The position numbers were made by a program, and so were the translations under genes. From the NCBI GenBank assembly GCA_951406725.2, contig OX597816.1, forward strand, positions 31,930,001-31,994,000: 64,000 bases of DNA, given 5' to 3'. Source of the DNA: Octopus vulgaris. Taxonomy: Eukaryota. Shown here piece after piece: positions 41,366 through 56,029 of this stretch. Every line of letters starts with the position of its first letter. Within the stretch, counting starts at the first letter, position 1. A model generated the notes under the pieces. It made no database searches, was not told the origin of the DNA, and was given only the letters and a program-made list of their open reading frames with translations.

Positions 41366-42649
41366 AGTAATTCCGCTTCATTTGAATATATTCCGTCGTA
41401 AATGATTTTGATATTACATGAGCAACCGAGACAGACACCCATTTTCAAAATATTACATTTGTCTACTTGCATAAAATCGTAAAAGTCGAAGTAGTAATTT
41501 ACCTACACGTCACACTCACTTGTCATCGTTTCTTATACTTGCAAAATTTTATTTAATTGAATATGGCTTCACTTGTGTAAATATACATAAATATGTATAT
41601 ATGGTCATATGTATGTTTTCAGGAAAAATTATAAATTAATGTTGCTTCTATATGTACATATATAAGAAAGTAAACTGAGTGATCAATTTGCTTATAAGCT
41701 GAGTTGTCAAACAAACTTATATATGCAGGTAGTCGATTATTGATTGTGGTTGTATTTTGTGTTAATTTTCTATGAACGGGATCGCACAACATTAAAGAAA
41801 ATTGAAAGAAACGTTTTGATCAATGTGTCTTTTAAAAATATTAATTGCATATCCTTCAAATTACGCTGTGTTGTGTTAGAAGTGAGAAACACTTTGAGAG
41901 CTTGCTAATATAATACTTTGTGTGTATGATGAAATAATATATATCAGGTTGAGATGTTAAACGCTCGTGTTCATAGAGAGACAGGATCTCATCCAAGCCC
42001 AGAATATACAATAGTATAGGGGAAACTACTGTTCGATATTTAAGGGTCAGCTTGATATCGACGATTGAACTGTTGCGGCTTTATTGGCGTTTTGTTTTAT
42101 CTATTATCACTAATATGAAGATGGCTTTTCACCATTTACAGTGAATAATAATCTATTTCTTTCACCACCTTGAAGTAGTTTAGTAGAGCGAATATACCCC
42201 ATTACTTATTTTCTTCAACCTGGTTCATTGGTGTGTCTCTCGTAACGGCTAAGTTAAGTAATGTTCAGATATATTTCAAGATTACATAAGCAGATAACGG
42301 AAAATATGGCACATTACTTGTTTGTGAGGGAAGGCATAAATTATTGCATGCCTAATTGTTAACTCATTACTAGTTAATATGTGGATATTGAATCCGACGA
42401 TCATCCGTTCTGTCTTTTGCAGATAATTTTATAGTTGTACATAAATGCTTAAGTACAATTTGGTTGCAACGCTAGGCGTAATATTTACTGGGAAATATCA
42501 TATATTAATCTGCATGCATGTTCACTCCTTTCGTTTTCTGATCCTACCGAGTGATTTCCTCTTCATATCTTTAATTATTTTCAACAGTGAGGCTGCTAAT
42601 ATGAACTGCGGGTATTAATATTTATAGACTTCATTATGATATAGCTTTC

Positions 42650-42870
42650 ATCTAACATACAATTGATATTTGAGGCAGGCCATCGCGTAGATGATCATAC
42701 ACATTTCTCCACAATTGAGACACGTCAGGCTTAGGATTTCAATTCTAGCCTGAAATACACCATCTCCATCGATGCTTGCAAAATGTAGATTTAAAATAGT
42801 TGGGCAAAGTTCAGAGGAAGATAAAGTGCGTAGTCCTATATCACTCGTTAACATAATGAATCCTATGGAC
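42650..42870 (-). pseudogene. Decayed RTE-like RT fragment
   Basis: LCPTILNLHFASIDGDGVF...LSLTCL...MIIYA resembles RTE RT motifs B-C (LAPTLF...GV...LFNL...LLYADD). Confidence 0.4.
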
Positions 42871-42894
42871 ATTAGTTAGATTATTTACATTATT

Positions 42895-43027
42895 TACGTG
42901 TGACGGATATTTGTCCTCATCGTGATTGTTGTTAAACGCTTCGGCTGATATTCCCTCCACCCTTCATCAGGTGTCTTGGGGAAATTTTGAACCTGGCTTC
43001 TCATTCCTAAGTTATTTTTCGATGCTG
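42895..43027 (-). mobile_element. Short hammerhead-bearing element, copy 3
   Basis: gacac-CTGATGA-agggtgg...cagcc-GAAGCGTT; homologous to 41209-41365. Confidence 0.85.
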
Positions 43028-43043
43028 CTGTTATGATTAGTAT

Positions 43044-43393
<350 letters not shown>

Positions 43394-43500
43394 TGATATG
43401 AGATCACCATGTCGCTCACATATGGTTGTGATGGAGGTGCCTGGTGTACCTTTTATCGGACTGGTAGTGATGATGGATATACTGGGCTTCTTATTCGGAG
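43394..43500 (+). mobile_element. Diverged fragment of the Dong-like 3' UTR
   Basis: GTGTACCTTTTATCGGACT...GATGGATATACTGG aligns with the reverse complement of 19570-19650. Confidence 0.65.
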
Positions 43501-43799
43501 AAACTCCAAAATTACACATTTTCTCCTGGAAACCTACTTGTTATTTTCTAGTTATGAATTATATAGTGTGAAACATAAGGAAGACAACGTGGCATGTATC
43601 TAATACTCTAGTGTTTGTCAAGGCTAGTGGAACCTTTAATATGTCAAATCCTGTATGAAAGCAAGTTACAAATCTCTTGTTTAGAGATACAGCGCTAATT
43701 AATCATCATGAAGTTTGTTGCTTTTGAACATAATATGGGCGTTTCATGCAGGTTAGCATTCTTTTATGTGAAATATTATGCTTCCTTCATTACCCTTTT

Positions 43800-44005
43800 C
43801 AAAATCTAGCAGATTCCCAGCAATTTCGGGAAGAGGTAATCGGATTATATCGACAGCAGTGATTAATTGGTACTTATATTATTGGCTCCAGATATAAGAA
43901 ATTCCAAGTGAACATTGGTGGCATTTCATCTCAGTTAGTGAATTCCTAATAAATGCTGCTAATCATTTTGTTTGGTGAGGTACTGATTGTGTGAGCTCAC
44001 CGCTT
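43800..44005 (-). mobile_element. Old SINE family B copy
   Basis: Ends AGCTCACCGC (reverse of the head GCGGTGAGCT) and contains TGGTACTTA. Head-to-head with the 44126 copy. Confidence 0.6.
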
Positions 44006-44125
44006 TATTACTTATTGTAAATATTAGCTTCCATTTTAATGAAAGAGATGATGTCGCAAGGGAAAATTTCGCTCGATCGGATCCCCCTGTCTCTCACACT
44101 AGGCGCTATATATTTTTTACTCTAA

Positions 44126-44342
44126 TGGCGGTGAGCTGGCAGGAATGTTAGCACTCCTGGCAAAATTTTTAGCGATATTTCGCGCGTCTTTACGTTCTGA
44201 GTTCAAATTCCTCCTTGGCCAACTTTGGCTTTCATCATGTCGGGGTCGATAAATTAAGTACCAGTTGGGTACAAGAATCGATCTAATCGACTGGCCCCCT
44301 TCCCTCAAAATTTGGGCCTTGTGCCTACAGTAGACAAGAATA
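44126..44342 (+). mobile_element. tRNA-derived SINE, family B
   Basis: GGCGGTGAGCTGGCAG head, GAGTTCAAATTCC B box, GGGGTCGATAAATTAAGTACC core. Confidence 0.85.
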
Positions 44343-44624
44343 TGTTTGTTACTGTGTACTTCATTAGTAATTGGATTTCTGGATATTTTCTGCAATGGAT
44401 GAAGCAGTAATTCCTAATTCACCATCATGAAGCAGTGCATCATCCTTTACAGATTAAGAGAGGGCATTCCCCTGTAAAGAGAAAGTGTTCTGAAATATCT
44501 GCACTCAGGATTTTGTCACCTGCTTGATAAATTGAACTACCTTTTGACAATTCCACAATACAGAACAATGTTTGCAAATTCATATATGTTGTTTGTACAT
44601 ATTGCATAGGTTAACTGAACATCT

Positions 44625-44920
44625 TTATTATTATTATGGCAGCCTCCTCGTTATCGAGTATGGCCATTGCACGAAGCTTAACTGTTACTGGTGCTGTGAT
44701 CGAATGTGACTTTTTAGCCCAGCTAAAGATCTACAATGTCTTGTACAGAATTGGCAACTAAAACAGTTACCGGTAATAGCCGGCTGTAGATGTACCTGGG
44801 CTTCATGTACCTTTGAATGTCGTTTAAGTCCACCTGCCGAATTACACTCTCTTCCACATGCCCAACAGATATGATTAGTATGGTGTGTTACACCACCACC
44901 AGTGGCCAGGTTGTTACTCA
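44625..44920 (-). mobile_element. RTE-type LINE 3' end with two C2H2 fingers
   Basis: CWACGRECNSAGGLKRHSKVH...CQFCTRHCRSLAGLKSHIRSQH*, a short UTR and a (TAA)n tail. The same 3' end occurs at 55395-55492. Confidence 0.75.
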
Positions 44921-45724
44921 TCTGTCTCGCTCTATCTCTACATACATATATACATACATACGCACACACGTACACGCTCACTAAAATAAATGTGCTTCTG
45001 TGAGTGTGTGTGTGTGTGTGTGTGTGCGTTGTGCGTGTGTGAGTGTGTGTGTGTGCGTGCGCGTGTGTGTAATAAGTGCTTTCGAAAACGCTCTGAATAA
45101 AGTCGCTTGATCTGATGCAAAATTCTGCGCAAGTCTGTTAAGGAGTTTCACAATAGCAATAATAGCAATAAGATCAACAAGACGTAAATTTGCAATTGCA
45201 AGTTATGTAAAAATCATATTACTCTATGCATGGCTCGTTTAGTTTCTGTCAATTCTTTTCGAACACTCTTATGATCAAAATAATTTCGGTTGTGAATTTC
45301 CCATCTTTGTAACAGATATTATCTAAATAGCTCGATATGTTCCAGTAATAGTTGTTTTTGATTACAGTTTGAGCTGATTTCACTAAGATTAGTCTATTCT
45401 TTCTAGCAGGTTTAATAATAGTCTAGGAGTTTTTCTTCATATTGTTATATGCAACAATATTTTATTTCACACAATGTTGAATGTGAACAGTCTTAGTTTT
45501 GATATTAGGGTAAACATTATTTCACAAACACTTTGTAGTTTTAAACCTATATATAACATTTGTACGACTATTATGTTATACTTAACTATACTTAACATTT
45601 CGAATGTAAGTTTGTAATCCTGATAGTCTATTAGTGTTTTATATATTTCTGTCACCAGGCAGCGGTGATGCTGGTCACAGCCTCGAAGATTTATAGCAGA
45701 ACGAATCAACTCCAGTACATATCT

Positions 45725-45920
45725 GTCTCTTCACCCTGTCACTTATTTTATTGGCCTAACACACCACTAAGTTTAGGGTCGTAAACATATCAACGCCTGA
45801 TGTCATAAGGCAGTAGGTGAAAACAACGATACAAAGACACGTATAAGTATACATATACACGCAGAGACACGCGCACACACAGGCACATACATATATTTAT
45901 ACACACTTACACCCCACCAA

Positions 45921-45965
<45 letters not shown>

Positions 45966-46130
45966 CTGTCTTCTTCATGTTTCCGTTTACGAAATGCACT
46001 TACGATCGGCTAGAGGTTATAGTTCAAAATAGCCCTTCATGGTATCACGCAGTTATACTGAACCCAGGAACATGTAGCTGCGCAGTACTTTCTTCTCGAG
46101 CAACTAAATTCTTACCACACGCTTATGGCA
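45725..46130 (-). mobile_element. Old decayed SINE family A copy
   Basis: CACTAAGTTTAGGGTCGTAAAC, TTTCCGTTTAC and ACTGAACCCAGGAAC are colinear with 2838-3256. Confidence 0.7.
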
Positions 46131-47694
46131 CTACTATAAACTGTGAATTATATTCCATGCACTTCGTGCCTCCAGGCTGCCAGCAATATTCAGATAATGA
46201 ATAATATTGGGATCTCACTATTGAATATATCGCATTTATTATAAATAATTTTTTAGATTAAAACATTGAAATATTCTGAAACTTACCCTCCTACTTCTTT
46301 TTGTAGTCATTTATATAAAAATAAGACCAGTTCCAATTTTGTGATACGACTCGGTGACATTTTAGTTTTTGCTGATAAATTCTGGAATTATTCAACTTGT
46401 TCAACCTATAGTCATACACTCTCTTCTCTTTCGTCCACATTTTCAAATCATATTTGCGCATTTTCGTTTTATTTCAACGTAAATTATGAAATTATAAGTT
46501 ATACACAGGTTGTATATTATAGGATATGTGATACATGCGTTCAAATACTTATTTAAAGCCTTTTGACAAGCCTTCTAATTTACATCCCTTATAACTTTCG
46601 GATATATCTATCCCTTTATAAGCGACAACTGATACCTGCAGGGAAGGTTTTTGATTCATTTGTTCCAACGTAACAATTAGATTAACGCATTCCGTCAGTT
46701 AAAGTAAAGCCAATAATTATGACAGATCATCTAGTTTATATTCATCACTTTCCCACACTTTTTAGATTCTAAACTTCATGGACGAAACTTTAAATTCTAA
46801 ATCCAGGACTATGTATTAAATATTTAAATTCTAAACGAAACTTTAAATGCTAGCAGTATGTGGAATTCCTATGGCATTTCATCTTATAATGTTATATTCT
46901 TGTATATTGTTGGTTGCAGTAACGGAGAACATTAAAACTTTGCTAGGTCACTCACTCGATGGTGCACTTTTAATGCATAATAAGTGATATAGAACTTTTA
47001 ATTTGAAAATTAAGCACTACACAATTCTGAAGTATGGTATTCATTCGAAATTAGCCAGACATATCCAGATTAATTCAAATATATTCCAATATCGAAAAAC
47101 TAGATCAAATTAATTGTAACCGTTGCAATAAGCATAATTTGAGATTACATAGTATGTCGCTAGTCAAAAATATCTGTCACGCATACATTCTAATGATTTG
47201 TAAGTTATTGCCATAGTACTTATTTATATATACGTTGTGTACACGATATTGAAATCAGCATACTTTTATGTAAGACGTTGTAGCAATTTTGTCAATTCTA
47301 TATCTCTATATATTAATGCTTGTTTCTAACATAGGTGTCATACATCAAGATTTATGGGGGTTTTACCATTATATCAACTTTAGTATTTCGCTTGTATGAT
47401 ACTGAAGAAATTCGATGGAAGGAGAAATGTTGGCTGACGATGGAGATGCAATCGAGAATATGTAAGACTTCTGCCAACTCATTATATCTACAGAAGCCTA
47501 ACTAATACAAACTATATAAGTAAGTATCATGGGGATAGCGAAAATTAGCAGCTTAATTAGAAATATTCAACGGAATTTTAATTGAATTAACAGAACAGAT
47601 ATGATCCATTGCTTAATATATTCATATCACTCTATCATCATATACGTTTTGTTATTTTATCTCTCATTTATTTTGTTGCAGCTTCTTTTGTCAT

Positions 47695-47972
47695 TTGTCC
47701 CTTCTCGTGACAAGTCTGGTTCATAAGGGCAGGTTACCCAGTTTCATTGGTGTATAGCTTCCCCACCTGGACTGGACGCCGGTGACTCACAGGTGAGCCG
47801 CTATAAGAAGAATGCGAGAATGTGGTGGCGAAAGAGTCAGAAGTTCGAATAAACTTCTGGCGGAGCGCCGTGGAACTTAGCTCATAAACCCAGACATCGC
47901 CCCGTCTCAGATACGCATCTGTGATCACTCAACCACGAGTGTGCTGCCCTAAACACTAAGTCAGGTACCTCC
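47695..47972 (-). mobile_element. Old tRNA-derived SINE related to family C
   Basis: Head GGAGGTACCTGACTTAGTGTTTAGGGCAGCACACTCG resembles the head of 48163-48465; the body differs. Confidence 0.6.
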
Positions 47973-48052
47973 AGCCATTCATTCTTAGTACCCTATCAAT
48001 CTTTTTCAATTTCTCTCCCCTTCCTTCGCTCTATACACATACATATAAAAAG

Positions 48053-48088
<36 letters not shown>

Positions 48089-48162
48089 AAGTTAAATAGA
48101 GAGAACCAATACCCAATATAATGATTTATTCATAATATAATAAAACGTAATATACTATAGAT

Positions 48163-48465
48163 ATCACGTGATCACGTGAGCGACCAGACCATCAGATGTT
48201 ATTACACATCGCTGGTCACAATGCGTTCGCATTGTTTTAGCATTCGAATGACTCCACCCCGCTGGCTAAGCGAGCAGGCCAACAGAAGAAAGAGTGGGAG
48301 GAAGATTGGTGAAAGAGTACAGCAGGGATCACCCTCCTGCCGGAGCATCGTGGAGGTTTTGGGTGTTTTCGCTCAATACACACTCACAACGCCCGGTCTG
48401 GGAATCGAAACCGCGATCCTGCGACCGCGAGTCCGCTGCCATAATCACTGGGCCATTGCGCCTCC
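48163..48465 (-). mobile_element. tRNA-derived SINE, family C, with 11 bp TSD
   Basis: Head GGAGGCGCAATGGCCCAGTG...GGTTTCGATTCCC; TSD ATACTATAGAT at 48152-48162 and 48466-48476. Confidence 0.9.
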
Positions 48466-48509
48466 ATACTATAGATGTAACATTTAAAAAAACATTAAAA
48501 AAACCAAAA

Positions 48510-48590
48510 AGTCAACAATTTGTTTCGACTTATATACATTTTTGATCTATAAAAAACTGACATCTACTTATATAAGTCTCTTCAGACCTC
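48510..48590 (-). ncRNA. Type I hammerhead motif with long stem II
   Basis: CTGAAGA-GACTTATATA...TATATAAGTC-GAAAC-aaatt-GTT; 10 bp perfect stem II; stem I is weak. Confidence 0.7.
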
Positions 48591-48700
48591 TGGTTTAAAA
48601 GACGGAAACATTTATTGTGAAAGACGGCTAGATTGCAAAAAATGAATATAATAATTCAAATACCTATGTTTAGGAGCGTCTGCGTCAACGTTTCAACTCC

Positions 48701-49083
48701 CTCTCTTTCTCTTTTACTCATTTACTTGTTTCAGTCATTTGACTGCGGTCGTGCTGGAGCACCGCCTTTAATCGAGCAACTCGACCCCGGGAGTTATTCT
48801 TTTGTAAGCCCAGTACTTGTTCTATCCGTCTCTTTTGCCGAACCGCTAAGTGACGGGGACATAAACACACCAGCATCGGTTGTCAAGCAATGCTAAGGGC
48901 ACAAACACACACACGCATATACATACATATATACGACGGGCTTCTTTCAGTTTCCGTCCAACAAATCCACTCACAAGTCTTTGGTCGGCCCGAGGCTATA
49001 GCAGAAGACACCTGCCGAAGGTGCCACGTAGTGGAACTGAACCCCCGGAACCATGTGGTTGGTAAACAAGCCACTCCTACGCC
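48701..49083 (-). mobile_element. tRNA-derived SINE, family A (small head deletion)
   Basis: Colinear with 2838-3256; interrupts the left arm of the inverted repeat. Confidence 0.9.
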
Positions 49084-49879
49084 TACGTAACAATTACGAT
49101 TAAAACAAAACAAAAAAATGATTACGCACAAAATAATTAAATAGAATCTATAATTATTGAAATATATTTCTATATAACTCATATAATATTAATAGAAATT
49201 CGTTTAGGTCGAAGGCAATTTTTGGTTATTTTATAGCAAACAACAACAATACGTATATACATTAAGTATTGGGGTCTTACTTACTCTAAAGACGGTAATA
49301 AAATGTGTACATAAATATAAATAAGATAATATAATATAGTATTGTATAACAAACCTGCTTTATTTAAAGAAATCGATATAAGAATTATTTAGAATTTATT
49401 TACGTAGTTTATCGGAGAGAGAATTGCGTAGAAATTATTGAGTGATACTTAGAAAATTCAGTAAATTCAGTAAAAATTCGGAAGAGAGACCTATATTAAA
49501 CTATGGATATAGTGTGATGCTATAATAATCCATATCAAAAATATTTCTACTTTTTTCAGATGTAACCAAATTCGAAAATACAGGATTAAGGATTATTCAC
49601 AGTAACTAAGAAGAAAATGTCCCGATATACGTATATTAAGGAAGTGAGAACACAATTAATTAAATAAATACGATAAACAAAACGCACAAGTATACATATA
49701 ATTAATATTATTCTTTTAGATAAATGACTATAAATAGTATACATCTACATTTTAATTTTTCAGAACTAAAAAAATTTGATTATCCCAATAGGAATAAAAG
49801 CTATAAAAAATACTATAAAAAATTATTCTTCTGTTTATTAGGTTTAGTTAGTCAAATAAAACTATGCATTTATTTTTAT

Positions 49880-49910
49880 TAATATTAATATTATTATTAT
49901 TATTATTATA

Positions 49911-49955
<45 letters not shown>

Positions 49956-50190
49956 TTTATTGTTATTATTATTATTATCATTATTATTATGATCATCATC
50001 ATTGTCATCATTATCATCATCATCATTGTCATTATTATGTTAATAATGATAATAATAATAATAATAATAACAACAACAATAATAATAATAACAATCATCA
50101 TCATCATCAATATTATTATTATTATTATTATCATTAATTATTGTCATTATCGTTATCACTATTGTTGTTTTTATTTTTATTATTATCATG
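49880..50190. repeat. Compound (TTA)n/(TCA)n/(TAA)n microsatellite
   Basis: Directly visible; strand polarity switches near 50040. Confidence 0.95.
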
Positions 50191-50647
50191 AATGACATAA
50201 TTAATTAAATGAATAAATTTGTACATATAATTATTTATATAATGTTTATATTTTTTTTGTAATCTATATTAAATTGCTAATATAGTGATGTATTTTACAG
50301 TAAATAAAATAATTTGCAATAGAAAGTTTCAAAATATGTTGAATTAATCCATTGAAATATTAATTTCCGAAATTCAAAATTACTGCATAAATTAAGATGA
50401 CAAAACAAATATATATATAGCTAGATACACATATGCATACACACAAACACACACATACTCATATACGATTATTAAGAAAAAGTCAGAATTTTTGACGAAA
50501 TATTTTTATGTCTTTAATATTATTATTAGCATTTCTGTTCGTTTCAAATACATATCCATACACCTATACACATATATACTTATACATAAATTCACACAAA
50601 CACGCACACACGAATGCTCGCACACACACACACACATATATATACAC

Positions 50648-50732
50648 ATACATACATACATACATACATACATACATACATACATACATACATACATACA
50701 TACATACATACATACATACATACATACATACA

Positions 50733-50764
<32 letters not shown>

Positions 50765-50765
50765 C
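50648..50765 (+). repeat. (TACA)n microsatellite
   Basis: Directly visible. Confidence 0.98.
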
Positions 50766-51703
50766 ATATACATATCATACTTTATTTTATTTACTGTGTA
50801 ATCCCTTCCATAATATACCTATATCGGTGCAGGTAATTACTGTGAACGAAATTGTATGTTTACGAAATTCAATCTTGGTTACTTCTGAAACACTAGTAAT
50901 ATTTTGATATCCGATTTTATAGCTTGACCTGATATCTCATTTACGTTGTTGTTATTATGGTTCTAAATCACTCTTCATATTTTTTACGGAATTCTCCTTT
51001 CGATAAATTTCGTGAATAAAGAACATGTTTTTGTTAGTCACTCTAAATATTTTTTTTTATATCAATAGCCTTAAAAAATGAGTTCTTATATATTACCAAT
51101 ATTATACTATAATATCATTTATAATTATTTAGATGTTATATTAGCCTCTTTAGATTAAATAAGACCCTGATACTTAATAAAAATTCTCATTTTTGTAGTA
51201 TATTTTTACAATACCCAAATTTTGTCTTCGATCAAAATGAATTTTATTAATAACTGAGATATGTAGAAATATATTTCGATAGTTGTAAATTCTGATTAAC
51301 TAATTATTTTCTCCGTTATAATTTTGTTCTTTTTGGTTTTAATTGTAATTGTTAAGCAATTGAAACGTTAGCTCCCACGCTACTAAACATTTATTTGAAT
51401 AATTGTTTCTTGCAATCTAGCCGACATATCACACGGAATATCGTCTCTCCATTAAATAAAATCTAATAAGAGACTGATATCAATCAAATAATGCGTATAA
51501 GTCGAAACAAAATGTTGGCATTTCTGTGTTTTCCTGTTATATTATATTACATAATATGCAATAGTATAATATAAATAAATTATTTTCCTATTATGAATAG
51601 AAACACTGTATTCAATTTCTTGTTTTTAATTCGCATTATACCAGTCAGTTGCATGTTTTACACACTCTTTTAAAGGAATATCTTTCCTTAGATTATTAAT
51701 TGA

Positions 51704-51736
<33 letters not shown>

Positions 51737-51737
51737 T

Positions 51738-51864
<127 letters not shown>

Positions 51865-51976
51865 TAAATTTATATGCCTATATGTGTGTGTGTCTGATTG
51901 TGCGCGTATGTATACATGCATAAACATAGATTGACAGACAAACACATGTGTTGATACAATGATTGCAAAATAAATA

Positions 51977-53192
51977 TCAGGTCATCCCATAAGTTCTGTC
52001 CAAATTTTGAATAAATAAAATAAGTATCAAATGTTATATTTAATTGAAATTTAATCATCAATGTACTTTTTCTGATTATCTATGAGTTCCTTCTGTCTAA
52101 TTAGAAGCTTTTTAATCCCATCAATGCAAAACTCCTTTGGTTTCAAAGCGAAGAACTCTGAAACAACAGTTTCGACCTCCTCGTGGCTTGCTAAATTTAT
52201 GTCCGCCATAGGATTGTGCAAACTACTAAACACATGGTAGTCTGAAGGAGCAAAGTTGTGAGAATAAAGGGGACGAGTAATTGTTTCCCAACCAAGCTCT
52301 TCGATCTTCTGTGATATGATCTTTGCAGTGTAGGGTCGCGCATTGTCCTGATGAAACATCACTCCTTTTTGATTCACTAAACCAGGTCCTTTTTCCTTCA
52401 AAGCTTGGTTCAAACGCTCTAATTGCTGACATTAGACTTGAGCATTCATTTTTGCAGTAGGTGGTATCAGGTAGAGAGACGAATCTTTTTTCCATGGAGT
52501 TCCCTTCTCAGTTGTGGCTGGGCTTTGTTCCCTTTTACCAAGCCACTGTTTACGACGTTTGACATTTCGATAGGAGATCCATTTTTCGTCACCAAAAATA
52601 GGTGAAATAAGTTTTCGAGAATGGAGAGAAAAGAAGATGTCAACTCGTTATTTGCGGTTGCTCTCGGACAATTCCTGAGGCACCCATTTTCCTACATTAG
52701 GAACCTTTCCAAGTCATTGAAGATGACGGTGAAAAGTTGTATAGGTTCAACTAAGCTTTTTTGCGAATTCTTCAACTGGTAAAGCAGGATTTCCTCCACA
52801 TAATGCTTCACGGCGTGGACGTCCTGTTCGATCTTCATATTCAAGGCTGAAGTCTCCACTACTGAATTTTGAAAAACCATCTTCTGCAAGTTCTTTCATT
52901 CAAGCATTATCTCCAATAAACTGAGTATAAGTTTCTAGCCGCTTCGGCTGGAGAGTTTTTGTACTCATAAAGCATTATGTGCCTCAAATGCTCTTTGGAT
53001 ACTTCCATGTTAGAAAGGGTTTTAATCAAAGTAATGTTAACTCTATTATTCTGTGAATTAATGTTTTAATTAGTTTAAATGTACACAAATGCATACAATA
53101 ATTTTTAATTCCATTAGACATTCTAAAATACTATTAAATTTCATTCAAGTTTAAAAAAGGTGAAATCGGACAGAACTTTTGGGATGACATGA
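51977..53192 (-). mobile_element. Full-length decayed mariner transposon (1216 bp, TA TSD)
   Basis: TIRs TCAGGTCATCCCATAAGTTCTGTCC / GGACAGAACTTTTGGGATGACATGA, each flanked by TA. Confidence 0.93.
52051..53008 (-). pseudogene. Mariner transposase pseudogene
   Basis: Starts MEVSKEHLRHIMLYEY; contains FHQDNARPYT and LYSHNFAPSDYHVF (YSPDLAPSDY motif); multiple frameshifts. Confidence 0.9.
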
Positions 53193-53349
53193 TAATTTGG
53201 TATAAATGTATTGACACAGATGTCAAAATATATGTTTGTGACTGATCTTTTTAAAACTGTATATCTACACCCGCACTCATTTACGTGAACGTGGCCTCGA
53301 TACTCTCTGAAAAGTGTAATAACGCATATTTTAAATAGAAAATTCCGTT

Positions 53350-54150
53350 AAAAGTGCACATGTTGGATGGATAACTCTTCCTTTGAGCGCCGACATTTTT
53401 GGTATATTTCGAATTTCATTTTTTAAAGCCATTAAATGGTTGTATCCGTTTCTTCATTGAACCAAACATATCAAGATTGAATTTCTCTAGGTCCTAGATG
53501 TAGAGGAAAAAACTTGCACACCCAAATTTCCAGTTCCTTCATATGTTCCAAAAGACATGTGAAGAATATTGAAATACATAATATGGTTCTTCTCCAGATT
53601 TTTGTACAGTATCTTACTCGTACTGTCTTCTCTACAGATAAGAATGTTTCCATATACTTCTGTGGGTACTCACACATTCGGGAAATTTTAAAAGAACACA
53701 CTTTTATCGCGACATAGATTAAAGTTAGCGTAATTTTCTACACCCATCACTGGTACTTGACCACCTTATTTACTAATGTAATAACATTCCATAGACTGTG
53801 GTTTTAATTTCGGATTTTCAAACCACACCCAACCGTACATACCCTATCGCTAAATCAAAAATTCATCATTCTTATTGGATTAAACCGCCATGGAGGGTCA
53901 GAAGTGTTTTCTAACATTTCATCTGATACATGATGGACGAAATTCTGAGCTACCCACCTTCCAAACATATGTCTATAGGCAATTTTTCAATTCATCTTTC
54001 AATCTATGATACCATTCGAGTGTGCACAATGGACATTTAAACGCGCAGCCTCATATACAACTAACTCTGTTGATCAGGAATTTAGCAGCGATATTTTAGT
54101 AGTTCTTATGACATATTTATCTATATCAATTGCCAGATGTTATCTTCATT
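53350..54150 (-). pseudogene. Second, much older mariner-like transposase remnant
   Basis: FENPKLKPQSMEC resembles YDPETKRQSMEW, and WFNEE lies near the 3' end. Heavily degraded. Confidence 0.4.
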
Positions 54151-54890
54151 CAAAATATGCATAATGATAATTTTGTATTCTACTGTATATTTTTCACAAA
54201 TTATACATATAACGCCGCATATAGCATTCTGAAAGAAATATCTTCAATATTTTACTCATGAATATATATATATAGTATCTCCTCAGAATAATAATATTAT
54301 ATGTTAATATATATTTTCTTGAAAATCTAAGAATTATTGATTCAAATTTGTAAACAATGTTAAGAGAAAAAATAGTCAATGACGTCATAGTGATTTAAAT
54401 TATTCTAATTTGCTGAGAGGTTTCATTTATTCATTGATTTTTGGCAGCATGTCTTGCATTACAAATATACTTTTGTAGATACGACTTTTCGCTTCTTTAT
54501 TATAACAATAAGACAAATCGATCCAACACATTAGGTTTGCGACTAATGAAATGCAGTTTTATAACCTGCGGTATGTTTAATTTGATAGAGAGGTGGGATG
54601 GAGAAAATTTATTTAGTTTTTTTCATAATCCGTGCAATAAATAATGCAGCTGTTGTATTACAAAATATAGATCATATCCTTAAAAACACAAGAGTGATAC
54701 ATAAAGTATTATTAAGTGTACAAATGAATTGTTAGGTTTCAAAAATTCTGGAAATACTGGACAGGTGTAAGTCGGGTCGATTGAATCTGATACAAAAAAA
54801 AAATACTTGATTCATAATACGGTTAAGGTTTAACCGAAAACAATGAAATACATTTGACACTTCCAATGCCTGCCAACGTGCATGTATATA

Positions 54891-55118
54891 TTACTTTTAC
54901 TTACTTTTAATTTTACTTGTTTCAGTCATTTGACTGCGGCCATGCTGGAACACAGCCTTTAGTCGAGCAAATCGACCCCGGGACTTATTTTTTGTAAGCC
55001 AAGTACTTATTCTATCGGTCTCTTTAGCCGTACCGCTAAGTGACGAGGACGTAAACACATCAGCATCGGTTGTCAAGCAATGCTAGAGGGACAAACACAG
55101 ACACACAAACACACACAA

Positions 55119-55173
<55 letters not shown>

Positions 55174-55337
55174 TACATACGACTGGCTTCTTTCAGTTTC
55201 CGTCTACCAAATCCACTCACAAGGCTTTGGTCGGCCCGAGGCTATAGTAGAAGACATTTGCCCAAGATGCCACGCAGTGGGACTGAACCCGGCACCATGT
55301 AGTTCATAAGCAAGCTACTTACCACACACCCACTCCT
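54891..55337 (-). mobile_element. tRNA-derived SINE, family A
   Basis: Colinear with the other family A copies. Confidence 0.92.
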
Positions 55338-55394
55338 ATATATATATATATACATATATATATACATATATATATACAATTTTGTACAAGATAT

Positions 55395-55488
55395 TGTAGA
55401 TCTTTAGCTGGGCTAAAAAGTCACTTCGATCACATCACCAGTAACAGTTAAGCTTCGTGCAATGGCCATACTCGATAACGAGGGGGCC

Positions 55489-55492
<4 letters not shown>
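55395..55492 (+). mobile_element. RTE-type LINE extreme 3' end
   Basis: Near-identical to the reverse complement of 44635-44733 (CAGTTAAGCTTCGTGCAATGGCCATACTCGATAACGAG). Confidence 0.8.
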
Positions 55493-55539
<47 letters not shown>

Positions 55540-55641
55540 ATATATATATATTTATGGATACTGTAATTTTAGAGTGAATACTTGATAAGTGTAAGCACCT
55601 ATATATGTCAGGTTCCGTCTTCGATTCTAGGCAGTGACCTG

Positions 55642-56015
<374 letters not shown>

Positions 56016-56029
56016 AATAAAGATAATTA

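Larger units (their letters stand above)
48085..51640. repeat. Large diverged inverted repeat of PLE origin centred on a TTA/TAA microsatellite
   Basis: Reverse-complement matches: 48510-48550/51480-51520, 48650-48698/51357-51405, 49090-49230/51200-51352 and 49505-49645/50793-50940. Both arms carry YTYIG and a terminal HHR-like motif. Confidence 0.75.

Noticed and set aside
44685-44981. Host C2H2 zinc-finger gene
   Set aside because: No TGEKP linkers, the ORF start lies in a microsatellite, and it has a LINE-type tail with a second truncated copy.
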